Assembly: GCA_041601995.1 (NCBI GenBank)
Contig: JBFIHC010000001.1
Location: 31,468-95,467 of the forward strand
Direction of reading: 5' to 3'
Source: Woeseiaceae bacterium
GTDB lineage: Bacteria > Pseudomonadota > Gammaproteobacteria > Steroidobacterales > Woeseiaceae
Length of the DNA stretch: 64,000 nt
In this document: positions 28,425 through 37,635 of the stretch, piece by piece
Layout: every line of letters begins with the position of its first letter
Position numbering within the stretch: the first letter of the stretch is position 1
Position numbers and translations under genes: made by a program
The notes under the pieces: model-generated
Seen by the model: only the letters and a program-made list of their open reading frames with translations
Told to the model about the DNA's origin: nothing
Databases searched by the model: none

Positions 28425-29342
28425 TCAGGAGTCGTCGCGATAGCGGCGCACGTAGATTGCGGCTGTCGCGAATAACCCGCAGACGACCACGCCCACCCAT
28501 ACGGAGGGGCTCAGCAGGAATTTGCCGATGTCGATATGCGCGAGCAGGCTGACTGCTTCCTTGTTTACCTGCATGCGATCTTCATCAAAGAAATGCTCGA
28601 TGTCCATTTCCCTGAACAGGGGGATCATCTCGCCGCGTCCGAATACGGCGCTCGCAAATATCTTCGATCTGAAGAATATCCACTCGACGATCGGAACGAT
28701 GATGAGCGGCATGAACGCCATGAGCAACGGTGATCGCTTCGTAAACGCCGACACGAACAGGAACCAGCCGATGAAGGGCGACATCCATATTGCGCTTGCC
28801 ACGGTGACTACCAGTGCTGCCACCCAGTTATCGAACAGCGATACAGAACCCCAGACGAGATGCGCCGCATTTCCACCTTTGACCATCACCCACCCGGTGG
28901 TTATCACGAGGTTGACGAGATGTGTTGCGATGATTGCCGCGACGGTAAAGAGTGGCAGCACGAAGACCGCAGTCAGTAATTTCGAAATGACGGTCTCGGC
29001 GTCTGTAATCGGCAGCGAACGCCAGAACAGGATGCTCTTGTCCTTGCGCTCGGCATACAGTGAATCGAGGCTGTAAAACGTGGTGAGAATTGCGAGGGCA
29101 AACAGGAAGACCCACGAGGTGCCCAGGAAGAACACCGTCAGCGCCGCTTGCCGCTCGGCGTCGCCGGCGATATTCGCGGCACCGAACAACGCGATGTTGA
29201 CCTCCTTGTCAAACGCGGAGACCGTTACCATCCCCGCCAGCGAGACCAGCGACACGACCACTGCGATCGCGATCGGCGTTACGTAGATCGAGCGATGTTC
29301 CCAGATTTCGCGCTTTATCAATGCCAGCTGATGACCAATCAT
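28425..29342 (-). CDS. ABC-2-type transporter permease
   Basis: 305 aa, six or more hydrophobic segments. ATGA overlap with the upstream ATPase gene. Confidence 0.75.
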   Translation of the reverse strand: MIGHQLALIKREIWEHRSIYVTPIAIAVVVSLVSLAGMVTVSAFDKEVNIALFGAANIAGDAERQAALTVFFLGTSWVFLFALAILTTFYSLDSLYAERKDKSILFWRSLPITDAETVISKLLTAVFVLPLFTVAAIIATHLVNLVITTGWVMVKGGNAAHLVWGSVSLFDNWVAALVVTVASAIWMSPFIGWFLFVSAFTKRSPLLMAFMPLIIVPIVEWIFFRSKIFASAVFGRGEMIPLFREMDIEHFFDEDRMQVNKEAVSLLAHIDIGKFLLSPSVWVGVVVCGLFATAAIYVRRYRDDS

Positions 29343-30214
29343 GCCGCGGCTCCCTTCACCTTGGCGACAAACAGGTCGGCAACCGACGGCGTATGCAATT
29401 CACCCAGTTGCTCGAGTCGCGCACGGTCGGGCTTCTCGAACAACATGACCTTCTTGCCGAAGACGTCGCGCTCCGCGATCGGGCCAATTGCGCGCGCCCG
29501 GTCGGCTTTTTCGCCCGATGCCAGGAGCTCCACGTAGTCTTCGCCCAGGGAGTCCATCGAAGCATCGAGGATTATACGGCCCTCGTTGATAAACATGATG
29601 TCGGTCAGGATGTTCTCGATCTCCTCCACCTGGTGCGTGGTTACCAGGATGGTCCGCTCCTCGTCGAAATAGTCCGACAGCAGGTTCGCGTAGAATTCCT
29701 TGCGGAAGATGATGTCGAGGCCGAGCGTCGGCTCATCCAGCACCAGCAAGCGGGCGTCGATGGCTGCGATGATCGCGAGATGCAACTGCGCGACCATACC
29801 CTTCGAAAGCTCGCGAACCCTGGCATCCCTGCGGCTATCCACCTTGGTCTTCGCGAGCAGCAACTCGGCCTTGTCACGAGAGAAATTCGGATGCGTCGTT
29901 TCGACGAAGTCGAGTAGCTGGCAGACGCGGATCCAGCGCGGCAGGACCGCAACGTCCGCAATAAAGCAGATGTTCTGCATGAGTTCCTTGCGTCGCCGGA
30001 ACGGATCCAGGCCAAGAACGGAAAGCTCGCCCTCGCATTCGGTGAGCCCGAGCACGGCCTTGAGCAAGGTCGTTTTGCCAGCACCATTCGGACCGATAAG
30101 GCCCACGATCTTGCCCTTTTCGATGTCGAAGCTGACGTTATCGACGGCACAGACCTTGCCGAAGTGCTTCGAGACACCGCGAGCGCTCATCAGGCTATTC
30201 ATCGCTGTTTCCAT
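29339..30214 (-). CDS. ABC transporter ATP-binding protein
   Basis: Walker A GPNGAGKTT, signature LSKGMVAQ, Walker B LLVLDEPTLGLD. The start is ambiguous (30214 or 30202), and both options overlap the GntR stop. Confidence 0.88.
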   Translation of the reverse strand: METAMNSLMSARGVSKHFGKVCAVDNVSFDIEKGKIVGLIGPNGAGKTTLLKAVLGLTECEGELSVLGLDPFRRRKELMQNICFIADVAVLPRWIRVCQLLDFVETTHPNFSRDKAELLLAKTKVDSRRDARVRELSKGMVAQLHLAIIAAIDARLLVLDEPTLGLDIIFRKEFYANLLSDYFDEERTILVTTHQVEEIENILTDIMFINEGRIILDASMDSLGEDYVELLASGEKADRARAIGPIAERDVFGKKVMLFEKPDRARLEQLGELHTPSVADLFVAKVKGAAA

Positions 30215-30578
30215 CGTCAGCGGACTCGGCCGACTTGGACAGGAGCTCCGTTGCATCGAGTCCGAGTCTGTCTATGGTCTCCAGAACTTTGGGCCACTCC
30301 TTTTCGACGAAACGCCGGCGCTCGTCCTTCAGCAGCTGCTTGCGCGCACCGTCGGTAACGAACATCCCGCGCCCGCGTTTTTTCTCCACGAGCCCTTCGT
30401 CGACGAGTTCCTGGTAGCCCTTGAGTACGGTGAGCGGATTGAGCCGGTATTCGGCGGCTACGTTGCGGACCGAAGGCAGGGCGTCACCATCGCCGAGTAC
30501 GCCCTCCAATATCATCTCCACCACGCGATCGCGCAGCTGGCGATAGATCGGCAGGTCTTCACTCCACTTCGGATCCAT
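30195..30578 (-). CDS. GntR-family transcriptional regulator, short YtrA-like subfamily
   Basis: 127 aa. PIYRQLRDRVVEMILEGVLGDGDALPSVRNVAAEYRLNPLTVLKGYQELVDEGLV winged-helix domain. First gene of a GntR-ABC-permease operon. Confidence 0.88.
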   Translation of the reverse strand: MDPKWSEDLPIYRQLRDRVVEMILEGVLGDGDALPSVRNVAAEYRLNPLTVLKGYQELVDEGLVEKKRGRGMFVTDGARKQLLKDERRRFVEKEWPKVLETIDRLGLDATELLSKSAESADDGNSDE

Positions 30579-30638
30579 CGATCCCTCGCTATGTGCCGGC
30601 CGCTCGACAGGTCAACACGCCTGCGTCCGCCCGAGCGT

Positions 30639-30672
30639 AAAAAAGTGCCGGCCCGCAGCCGCAGGCCGGCAC
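30639..30672 (-). terminator. Rho-independent terminator (minus strand)
   Basis: The minus strand reads GTGCCGGCC-tgcggctgcg-GGCCGGCAC, a perfect 9-bp stem followed by TTTTTT. Confidence 0.7.
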
Positions 30673-30738
30673 AACAACTCCGTCGCTACCTTACTCGCCT
30701 TGGTGACGGAAAATGAACCTATTGAAAGAATCACGGTA

Positions 30739-30906
30739 CTAGTCGTCGCCCGGCACGCGCACCGCCTGATAAGGCACCCGGTCGGAGCCCTCGTCGGCAC
30801 CGCCCGGCACCGGCGTGGCCGGTCCTGCGATCAGGGCGATCGTCATCAGCAACATGATCGTGATGCTCACGATTTCGTTCAGATATTGGGCCACCTGTTT
30901 TTTCAC
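30739..30906 (-). CDS. Possible small membrane protein (55 aa), hypothetical
   Basis: My own translation from GTG 30906 is VKKQVAQYLNEIVSITIMLLMTIALIAGPATPVPGGADEGSDRVPYQAVRVPGDD*. A GGAGA lies 6 nt upstream, and the terminator follows about 65 nt downstream. It falls below the ORF-track cutoff. Confidence 0.4.
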   Translation of the reverse strand: MKKQVAQYLNEIVSITIMLLMTIALIAGPATPVPGGADEGSDRVPYQAVRVPGDD

Positions 30907-31137
30907 CGCCGGTCTCCGCAGTCGTTGCTTACTGAGCTAGTGTTATAGTTGACTATAACACCATTCCGACAATTTGCAAGCCCCGCAGCCGCAAAACCAA
31001 CCCCGTCGCCGGCCAACGGTCGTTTACGACACTGTATGGCAGCGGAAAGTATTTCAAAACGACAACGGGCCAGGTCCCCGCCGCGGCCAGCGCCGCCCGC
31101 GCTTTCGCAAACGCCGAGCCTCGCCTATGCTGCGCGC

Positions 31138-31695
31138 ATGGAGCACAGACCTGAAGACAGTGCCCTCATGTTGCGCTACCGCGATGGTGACGTGGCCGCT
31201 TTCGAGGTCCTGTACCACCGCCACAAGGACCCGCTGTTCCGCTACCTGCTCAGGCTCTGCCGGCATCGCGCGGCGGCGGAAGACGTGTTCCAGGAAGTCT
31301 GGGGCAAGATCATCAAGTCGCGCGACAATTACCGGCCCACGGCGAAATTCACCACCTTCCTGTATCACGTCGCGCGCAACTGCTTTATTGATCACATCCG
31401 CCGCAACAAGCGCCACGGCGTTACGGCGGATATCGAGCCCGACTCGCAGCCCCACGGCGCGGACTGCCCCGAAACGCTGGTCGAGAAGAGCCTCGCACGG
31501 CGCCGGCTGGACACCGCGCTCAGATCGCTGCCGGAGGAACAGCGCGACGTATTCCTGCTGCACGAAGAGGCGGGGCTCAGCCTGGACGACATCGCCACGA
31601 TCACGGACTGCAAGCGGGAAACGGCCAAGAGCAGGCTGCGTTACGCAGTCGGGAAACTGCGTGCGGCACTTGACGACACACCGGAGACAGCATGA
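31138..31695 (+). CDS. ECF-type RNA polymerase sigma-70 factor
   Basis: Start at ATG 31138 (MEHRPEDSALMLRYRDGDVAAFEVLYHRHKDPLFRYL). Region 2 FQEVWGKI...FTTFLYHVARN, region 4 LPEEQRDVFLLHEEAGLSLDDIATI. Confidence 0.9.
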   Translation: MEHRPEDSALMLRYRDGDVAAFEVLYHRHKDPLFRYLLRLCRHRAAAEDVFQEVWGKIIKSRDNYRPTAKFTTFLYHVARNCFIDHIRRNKRHGVTADIEPDSQPHGADCPETLVEKSLARRRLDTALRSLPEEQRDVFLLHEEAGLSLDDIATITDCKRETAKSRLRYAVGKLRAALDDTPETA

Positions 31696-32360
31696 GCGAC
31701 AAGCGCAAGAACAGCGACGAAACGGTCGACCCGCGCGTCTCGGCGGCCTATCGGGATCTGGCCGATGAACGAACGCCCGGGCACCTCGACCACGTCATCC
31801 TGAACGCCGCACGCGGCGCCGCGACACCGAAATGGAACCGCGCTGTTGCCTGGCTGCGCCCCGCCGCGTGGGTCGCCACGATCGGCGTATGCCTCGCCAT
31901 CGTGATCGAGATCGCGCTGCTGCCCCAACAGGAGCCGGACGGACTCGTGCCTGTTGCCGAGGACGCGTTGCCGGCCACCGCGACGAAGCGCCTCGAGACG
32001 GCCACCCCGCAGGCTGCTGAGCCTGCGGCGGCGCGACCCGCGCAAAAACTCTCCCGCGGCAAGCTCGAGGAAAGGCAGGAGCGCGCCGACGAAGCCGAGG
32101 CATCGAACCGAATGCGGGATCCGGATGCACAAGGGACCGTCGTCAAAGACGATACGGCTTCCTTGCGGCTGCAGAGCGCCCCGGCTCCGGCCAGTGCTCG
32201 GGAGCTTGCGACAGAGCGTTATTGCGACGAATCGCAGACCGTCGATCCGCACACCTGGCTGGCGTGCATACTCGAACTCGAGCGCCAGGGGCTGCTCGAC
32301 GCGGCCCGCCTGGAACGGGACCTGCTGACGCAGGCGTTTCCGCCCCCGGAGCTGCCCTGA
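31692..32360 (+). CDS. Putative anti-sigma factor (single-pass membrane protein)
   Basis: ATGA overlap with the ECF sigma gene. One TM (AAWVATIGVCLAIVIEIALL) at about residue 60, then an Ala/Pro/Glu-rich periplasmic part. Confidence 0.6.
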   Translation: MSDKRKNSDETVDPRVSAAYRDLADERTPGHLDHVILNAARGAATPKWNRAVAWLRPAAWVATIGVCLAIVIEIALLPQQEPDGLVPVAEDALPATATKRLETATPQAAEPAAARPAQKLSRGKLEERQERADEAEASNRMRDPDAQGTVVKDDTASLRLQSAPAPASARELATERYCDESQTVDPHTWLACILELERQGLLDAARLERDLLTQAFPPPELP

Positions 32361-32491
32361 TTTCGGTTCTTCCCGATGTTCCGGGCTGAGGGCGATGCTA
32401 GAATCGCCGGCCCCGGTTATTGCAAAGTCGTGCTGCAGGCTGGCCGGGGGACGGCAGCACCCATTCAGACCGGCAAACAGGGAAAAACACC

Positions 32492-33469
32492 ATGAAATCA
32501 CCCGTTCGCGTAACGATCACCGGGGCTGCCGGACAGATCGGCTATCAACTCGCCTTTCGGATTGCCTCCGGGCAGATGCTCGGCAGCGACCAGCCCGTCG
32601 TGTTGCAGCTACTCGAGATTCCGCAAGCCCTGGATGCCCTGAAGGGCGTGGTCATGGAACTCGACGATTGCGCATTCAGGACGCTCGCGGGCGTCGTGGC
32701 TACCGACGATCCGAACGTCGCCTTCAAGGACAGTGATTACGCGTTGCTCGTGGGCGCCCGGCCGCGCGGCCCGGGGATGGAGCGCAAGGACCTGCTGGAA
32801 GCAAACGCTGCGATCTTCTCGGTGCAGGGAAAGGCTATCAACGATCACGCAAGCCGCGACATTCGCGTGCTTGTTGTCGGCAACCCCGCCAACACCAATG
32901 CGCTGATCACGAGCAGCAATGCCCCCGATATCGATCCCGCCAACATTACCGCCATGACCCGGCTGGACCACAACCGCGCCATCGCGCAACTGGCGCAGAA
33001 GACGGACAGCCACGTCAGCGAAGTGAAGCAGATGATTATCTGGGGCAACCACTCGGCGACACAGTACCCTGACGTCAACCACGCGAGCGTTGCCGGCAAG
33101 CCGGCCAGGGATCTGGTCGACGAGGCCTGGCTGACGGGCGACTTCATCCCCGTGGTCCAGCAGCGTGGCGCGGCAATCATCAAGGCGCGCGGCGCGTCGT
33201 CAGCGGCATCGGCGGCATCGGCGGCCATCGATCACATGCATGACTGGGTGCTCGGCACCGATGGCGACGACTGGGTCAGCATGGCAATCCCCGCGGACGG
33301 CAGTTACGGCATCGGGCCGGGCGTGATCTATTCGTACCCGGTCCGTTGCAGCGGCGGCACGTACGAGATCGTGCAGAACCTCGATATTGACGCATTCAGC
33401 CGCTCGCGCATGGATGCCACCGACGCAGAGTTGCGGGAGGAGCGGGCCGCGATTGAGGCTCTGCTGTGA
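32492..33469 (+). CDS. mdh: Malate dehydrogenase (LDH-unlike, about 326-aa type)
   Basis: [31 protein letters not shown]..., [15 protein letters not shown] motifs. Confidence 0.93.
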   Translation: MKSPVRVTITGAAGQIGYQLAFRIASGQMLGSDQPVVLQLLEIPQALDALKGVVMELDDCAFRTLAGVVATDDPNVAFKDSDYALLVGARPRGPGMERKDLLEANAAIFSVQGKAINDHASRDIRVLVVGNPANTNALITSSNAPDIDPANITAMTRLDHNRAIAQLAQKTDSHVSEVKQMIIWGNHSATQYPDVNHASVAGKPARDLVDEAWLTGDFIPVVQQRGAAIIKARGASSAASAASAAIDHMHDWVLGTDGDDWVSMAIPADGSYGIGPGVIYSYPVRCSGGTYEIVQNLDIDAFSRSRMDATDAELREERAAIEALL

Positions 33470-33551
33470 CGTGACACACTCGATGGCGCGGCTCGCGCGA
33501 CGATGTTAGTGTCTGTTTCAAGAGCAATTTCCTGAATCGGGAGTTTTTCGC

Positions 33552-36119
33552 GTGTCCAGTTTTATCGTGAGCCTTTTCTGGTTTCTGCTGTTCGCAGGCG
33601 GCGGCATCTATCTCGCCTATCAGCGGATCGACTTGCGCACTTCGACGATCGCTGCAGGACTCGCGGTCCTCGCATACACGATCTTCGGCGAAGGCGCTTT
33701 CCTTTGGAAGCTGGTTTTGTGGGCAGCGTTCGGCGCCATGATCGTGCCCAACCTGATCGAGTTCCGCCGTGAGAAAATCACCAAACCGCTGCTCGACGTC
33801 TATCGCAAGATGTTGCCGTCGATGTCCGACACGGAGCGCGAGGCACTCGAAGCCGGCAACGTCTGGTGGGAAGGCGAGCTGTTTTCCGGCATGCCGAAGT
33901 GGGACCGCCTGATGTCCTACCCGGCGCCGAAGCTCTCCGAGGAAGAACAGGCATTCCTCGACGGCCCCTGCGAGGAGCTTTGCCGGATGATCGACGACTG
34001 GGAGATCTGCCACGAGCGTGCGGATATGCCCAGGGAGGTCTGGGATTACATCATCGAGCAGAAGTTCTTCGCGATGATCATCCCCAAGCAGTACGGCGGA
34101 CTGGAGTTCTCCGCCTATGCGAACGCCTGCGTCATCATGAAGCTCGCGAGCCGCAGCGCGACCGCCTCCTCGACGATTGGCGTGCCGAATTCCCTGGGCC
34201 CCGCCGAACTGCTGCTTTACTACGGCACCGAGGAACAAAAGAACCGCTACCTGCCCGGTCTCGCTGCCGGCACGGAAATCCCGTGTTTCGCGCTGACTTC
34301 CCCGCAAGCCGGGTCCGATGCCGCGTCGATCATCGACAGCGGCGTGGTGTGCAGGGGCGAGTGGGAAGGCGAGACCATCGTCGGCATCCGCCTGAACTGG
34401 GACAAGCGCTACATCACGCTTGCGCCCATCGCCACGGTGCTGGGACTGGCTTTCAAGCTCTATGATCCGGATCACCTGATCGGCGACAAGGATGAATACG
34501 GCATCACGGCGGCCCTCATCCCGGCCGACACGCCCGGCGTGACCGTCGGACGCCGGCATCACCCGCTGACGATCGGTTTTCAGAATGGCCCGACATCCGG
34601 TAAGGATGTCTTCGTGCCGCTCGACTGCATCATCGGCGGCCAGGAAATGGCGGGCAAGGGCTGGAAGATGCTGGTCGAGCTGTTGTCCGTCGGCCGGGCG
34701 ATCACGTTGCCGTCGACCGCGGCAGGTGGCGGCCAGGCAGCCAGCTATGCGACCGGTGCCTACGCCATCATTCGCAAGCAGTTCAATACGTCGATCGCCA
34801 ATTTCGAAGGCGTCGGCGAGGCGCTGACCCGCATCGCCGGCTACAGCTACATCATGAATTCCGCCGTCTCCGTCACGTCCGGTGCGATCGACCAGGGCGA
34901 GAAGCCGGCGGTGCCTTCCGCGATATTGAAGTATCACTGCACCGAGCTGGGCCGCAAGGTCAGCAATGACGCGATGGACGTGCACGGCGGCAAGGCTGTT
35001 TGCCTGGGACCGAACAATTACCTCGGTCGCGGCTTCATGGCCGCCCCGATCGCGATCACGGTCGAGGGCGCCAACATCCTCACGCGCAGCCTCATCATCT
35101 ACGGGCAGGGGGCGATACGCTGTCATCCGTTCGTGCTGCGTGAGCTCGCTGCGGCCGGCGACGAGGACATCGACCGTGGCCTGATCGAATTCGACGACGC
35201 TCTCTTCGGCCACATCGGTTACGCGATCAGCAATATCGCACGCTCCTTCTTCCTTGCCCTGACGCACGCGAAATTCAGCAACGTGCCGCTCAATACGCCG
35301 ACGCGCCGCTACTACCAGAATATCAACCGTTACAGCGCCGCGTTCGCGCTCGCGTCGGACTTCGCGATGCTCACGCTCGGCGGAGACCTCAAAAAGCGCG
35401 AACTGCTGTCGGCGCGGCTCGGTGACGTGCTCAGCTCCATCTACCTCGCGTCCTGCGTTCTGAAGCATTTCGAGAACCAGGGTCGTCGGGCAACGGACCT
35501 GCCCCTCGTCGAATGGTCCGTGCGTACGCTCATGTACCAGGCCCAGGAAGCGCTGCACTCGTTTCTCAGGAACCTGCCGAACCGCTGGGTAGCGACATTC
35601 CTGCGGATCTTCATCTTCCCGCGCGGCCGCACCTACTCCGCGCCGTCCGACGATCTCGTCCACAAGGTGGTCGAGCTGGTAACGGCGCCCGGTGAAGCGC
35701 GCGAGCGGCTCAGCGAACAGGCGTACACGACCATCGAGCCCGGCAACCCCATCGGGCTGCTGGAGGAGGCTCTGCGGCTGAGCATCGAGCTCGCCCCGCT
35801 GGAGCGCAGGCTGCGGCAGGCCCACAAGGAGGGGCTCGTCCGTGCCGAGTACCTCGGGCTGCAGATCGAAGAGGCGGCAAACGCGGAGGTCATCAACAAG
35901 GACGAGGCCGCGCAGCTGCGCGATTACCATGACAAGGTGTTTGCGTTGCTCGCCGTCGACGACTTCGCGCCGGAGGACCTGCGGCGCACAGCCGACAGGC
36001 AGGCGGAACAGGCGCCCAGCAAGCCGGCCAAGAAAGCCGCCAAGCGCAAGCAGTCGCCGCGAAAAAAGGTTGCCCGGAAGAAAAAGGTCGATCGCAAGAA
36101 AGATAGCGAAACCGAATAG
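33552..36119 (+). CDS. fadE: Large membrane-associated acyl-CoA dehydrogenase FadE
   Basis: 855 aa from GTG 33552. N-terminal TM helices, an ACAD core, a FadE-type C-terminal domain and a Lys-rich tail. Confidence 0.9.
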   Translation: MSSFIVSLFWFLLFAGGGIYLAYQRIDLRTSTIAAGLAVLAYTIFGEGAFLWKLVLWAAFGAMIVPNLIEFRREKITKPLLDVYRKMLPSMSDTEREALEAGNVWWEGELFSGMPKWDRLMSYPAPKLSEEEQAFLDGPCEELCRMIDDWEICHERADMPREVWDYIIEQKFFAMIIPKQYGGLEFSAYANACVIMKLASRSATASSTIGVPNSLGPAELLLYYGTEEQKNRYLPGLAAGTEIPCFALTSPQAGSDAASIIDSGVVCRGEWEGETIVGIRLNWDKRYITLAPIATVLGLAFKLYDPDHLIGDKDEYGITAALIPADTPGVTVGRRHHPLTIGFQNGPTSGKDVFVPLDCIIGGQEMAGKGWKMLVELLSVGRAITLPSTAAGGGQAASYATGAYAIIRKQFNTSIANFEGVGEALTRIAGYSYIMNSAVSVTSGAIDQGEKPAVPSAILKYHCTELGRKVSNDAMDVHGGKAVCLGPNNYLGRGFMAAPIAITVEGANILTRSLIIYGQGAIRCHPFVLRELAAAGDEDIDRGLIEFDDALFGHIGYAISNIARSFFLALTHAKFSNVPLNTPTRRYYQNINRYSAAFALASDFAMLTLGGDLKKRELLSARLGDVLSSIYLASCVLKHFENQGRRATDLPLVEWSVRTLMYQAQEALHSFLRNLPNRWVATFLRIFIFPRGRTYSAPSDDLVHKVVELVTAPGEARERLSEQAYTTIEPGNPIGLLEEALRLSIELAPLERRLRQAHKEGLVRAEYLGLQIEEAANAEVINKDEAAQLRDYHDKVFALLAVDDFAPEDLRRTADRQAEQAPSKPAKKAAKRKQSPRKKVARKKKVDRKKDSETE

Positions 36120-36125
36120 GGACCG

Positions 36126-37478
36126 ATGACAGTTCGCTCCGGGCCCATCTATGAAAGCCGCGTTTTCGTAGAGCCGGAAGCCGTCCGCAACTACGACGCC
36201 TGGTTCGAAGACCGGGTGCTGCAAGCCGGGCATGATGCCGGCGTCGTCGATATCGTCTGCTTCAGCATCGGGTCGGATGACCGGGGTCGTGCAGGCAGGG
36301 TCTGCCAGTTCACGCTCGAGGACGACGCAGCCCTGGAACGATTCGTCGACAAAGGCGCGACGGACATCGAAGCCGAGGCACTCGAGCGTTTTGGCGAACG
36401 GATATCGTGGCAGGAGCGGATCCTGCGTGAAGACCGCTTTCGCGAATTGCCGGCCGGAGAAATGCCGGAATGCCTGAACTGCGGCGCCCATCTCCGGGGT
36501 CAGTACTGCGGCAATTGCGGCCAGCGAGGGAGCAGCCGGCTCATCAGCCTGTGGGAACTGATCCGCGACGCATTCGGCGACCTGTTCGAACTCGACTCGC
36601 GCCTGTGGCGGACCGTGGTGCCTTTGACTATCCGGCCGGGCCGGCTGACCCATGATTACCTGCAGGGCAGGCGCGCGCGCTACATGCCGCCGTTCCGTAT
36701 GTATCTTGTCCTCAGCCTGCTGTTCTTCCTGGTTGCCTTCTTCGACCCCCGCGAGTCCTTCGGCATCTTCTTTGAGCCCCAGACCCAGGAAGTGGAAGAC
36801 GCCGAACGGCAACGCGAGGCAGACGAGATTGGTCAGGAAGTCCGCAGGGACCTTGCGGAACAAGGGATCATCGTCGGCGCGGGCGAAGCGGCGGTTCCAG
36901 CGGGTGAGGAATCCGAGCCGGGGCTGAATATACGCATCAACGGTGACGGTCCGGCGGAGGCGGATTGCCAGGTCGACGAATTCACTATCGATGGCCCCGA
37001 GTGGCTGAAGCGGCGGCTGACACCCGAGCGCCTCGTACACATCTGCGAGGAGGTGAAGAAGGACAACGGCCGCCAGTTCCTGAGTAATCTTTACGACAAT
37101 CTGCCGCTGGCGCTGATCGTATTGCTGCCGATCATGGCGTTCGTGCTCAAGGTGCTGTACCCGCTGTCACGCCGGTATTACGTCGAGCACCTGTTGTTCT
37201 TCGTGCACTTCCATGCCTTCGCGTTCCTGATCCTGACCCTGCAGATCCTGCTGAGCCGGGTCAATTCCATGCTGCCGGTCCCTGAAGCGATCGGCATACT
37301 GGTCATCGTCGCCGCTTCCTTTTACGTACCGGTGTACCTTTTTATCGCGATGCGCCGCGTGTACGGGCAGGGTCGCCTGATCACGGCGGCCAAATACGCC
37401 GTTCTGACGCTGGCCTACCTGACGGGTCTCACCGTTACGATGCTCGGCGCCGTCACGATGGCGGCGTTTTCCGTGTGA
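36126..37478 (+). CDS. DUF3667-like zinc-ribbon membrane protein with an extra N-terminal soluble domain
   Basis: 450 aa. CLNCGAHLRGQYCGNCGQ zinc ribbon, then the RLTHDYLQGRRARYMPPFRMYLVLSLLFFLV pattern I associate with DUF3667, then several TMs. Confidence 0.65.
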   Translation: MTVRSGPIYESRVFVEPEAVRNYDAWFEDRVLQAGHDAGVVDIVCFSIGSDDRGRAGRVCQFTLEDDAALERFVDKGATDIEAEALERFGERISWQERILREDRFRELPAGEMPECLNCGAHLRGQYCGNCGQRGSSRLISLWELIRDAFGDLFELDSRLWRTVVPLTIRPGRLTHDYLQGRRARYMPPFRMYLVLSLLFFLVAFFDPRESFGIFFEPQTQEVEDAERQREADEIGQEVRRDLAEQGIIVGAGEAAVPAGEESEPGLNIRINGDGPAEADCQVDEFTIDGPEWLKRRLTPERLVHICEEVKKDNGRQFLSNLYDNLPLALIVLLPIMAFVLKVLYPLSRRYYVEHLLFFVHFHAFAFLILTLQILLSRVNSMLPVPEAIGILVIVAASFYVPVYLFIAMRRVYGQGRLITAAKYAVLTLAYLTGLTVTMLGAVTMAAFSV

Positions 37479-37635
37479 GATTGCGGCTGGACGACGCGAG
37501 GGAAACACCTATTATTATGGCAACAGGGGAAGCAAGAAGAACAAATCCCGCCGACCGGCGGCGGTTCCGAAAAATATTTAGTTGAGCAGCAGGGCCGGGA
37601 ACACTAAAATTCCCGGGCTAGCCAAAGTCCAACCT

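Noticed and set aside
33396-37040. A 1214-aa minus-strand ORF, the longest in the track
   Set aside because: It lies antisense to fadE and the DUF3667-like gene, both of which carry clear family motifs. The product is rich in Arg, Ala, Gly and Pro with no recognisable domain. This is a typical shadow ORF of high-GC DNA, where stop codons are rare in the antisense frame.
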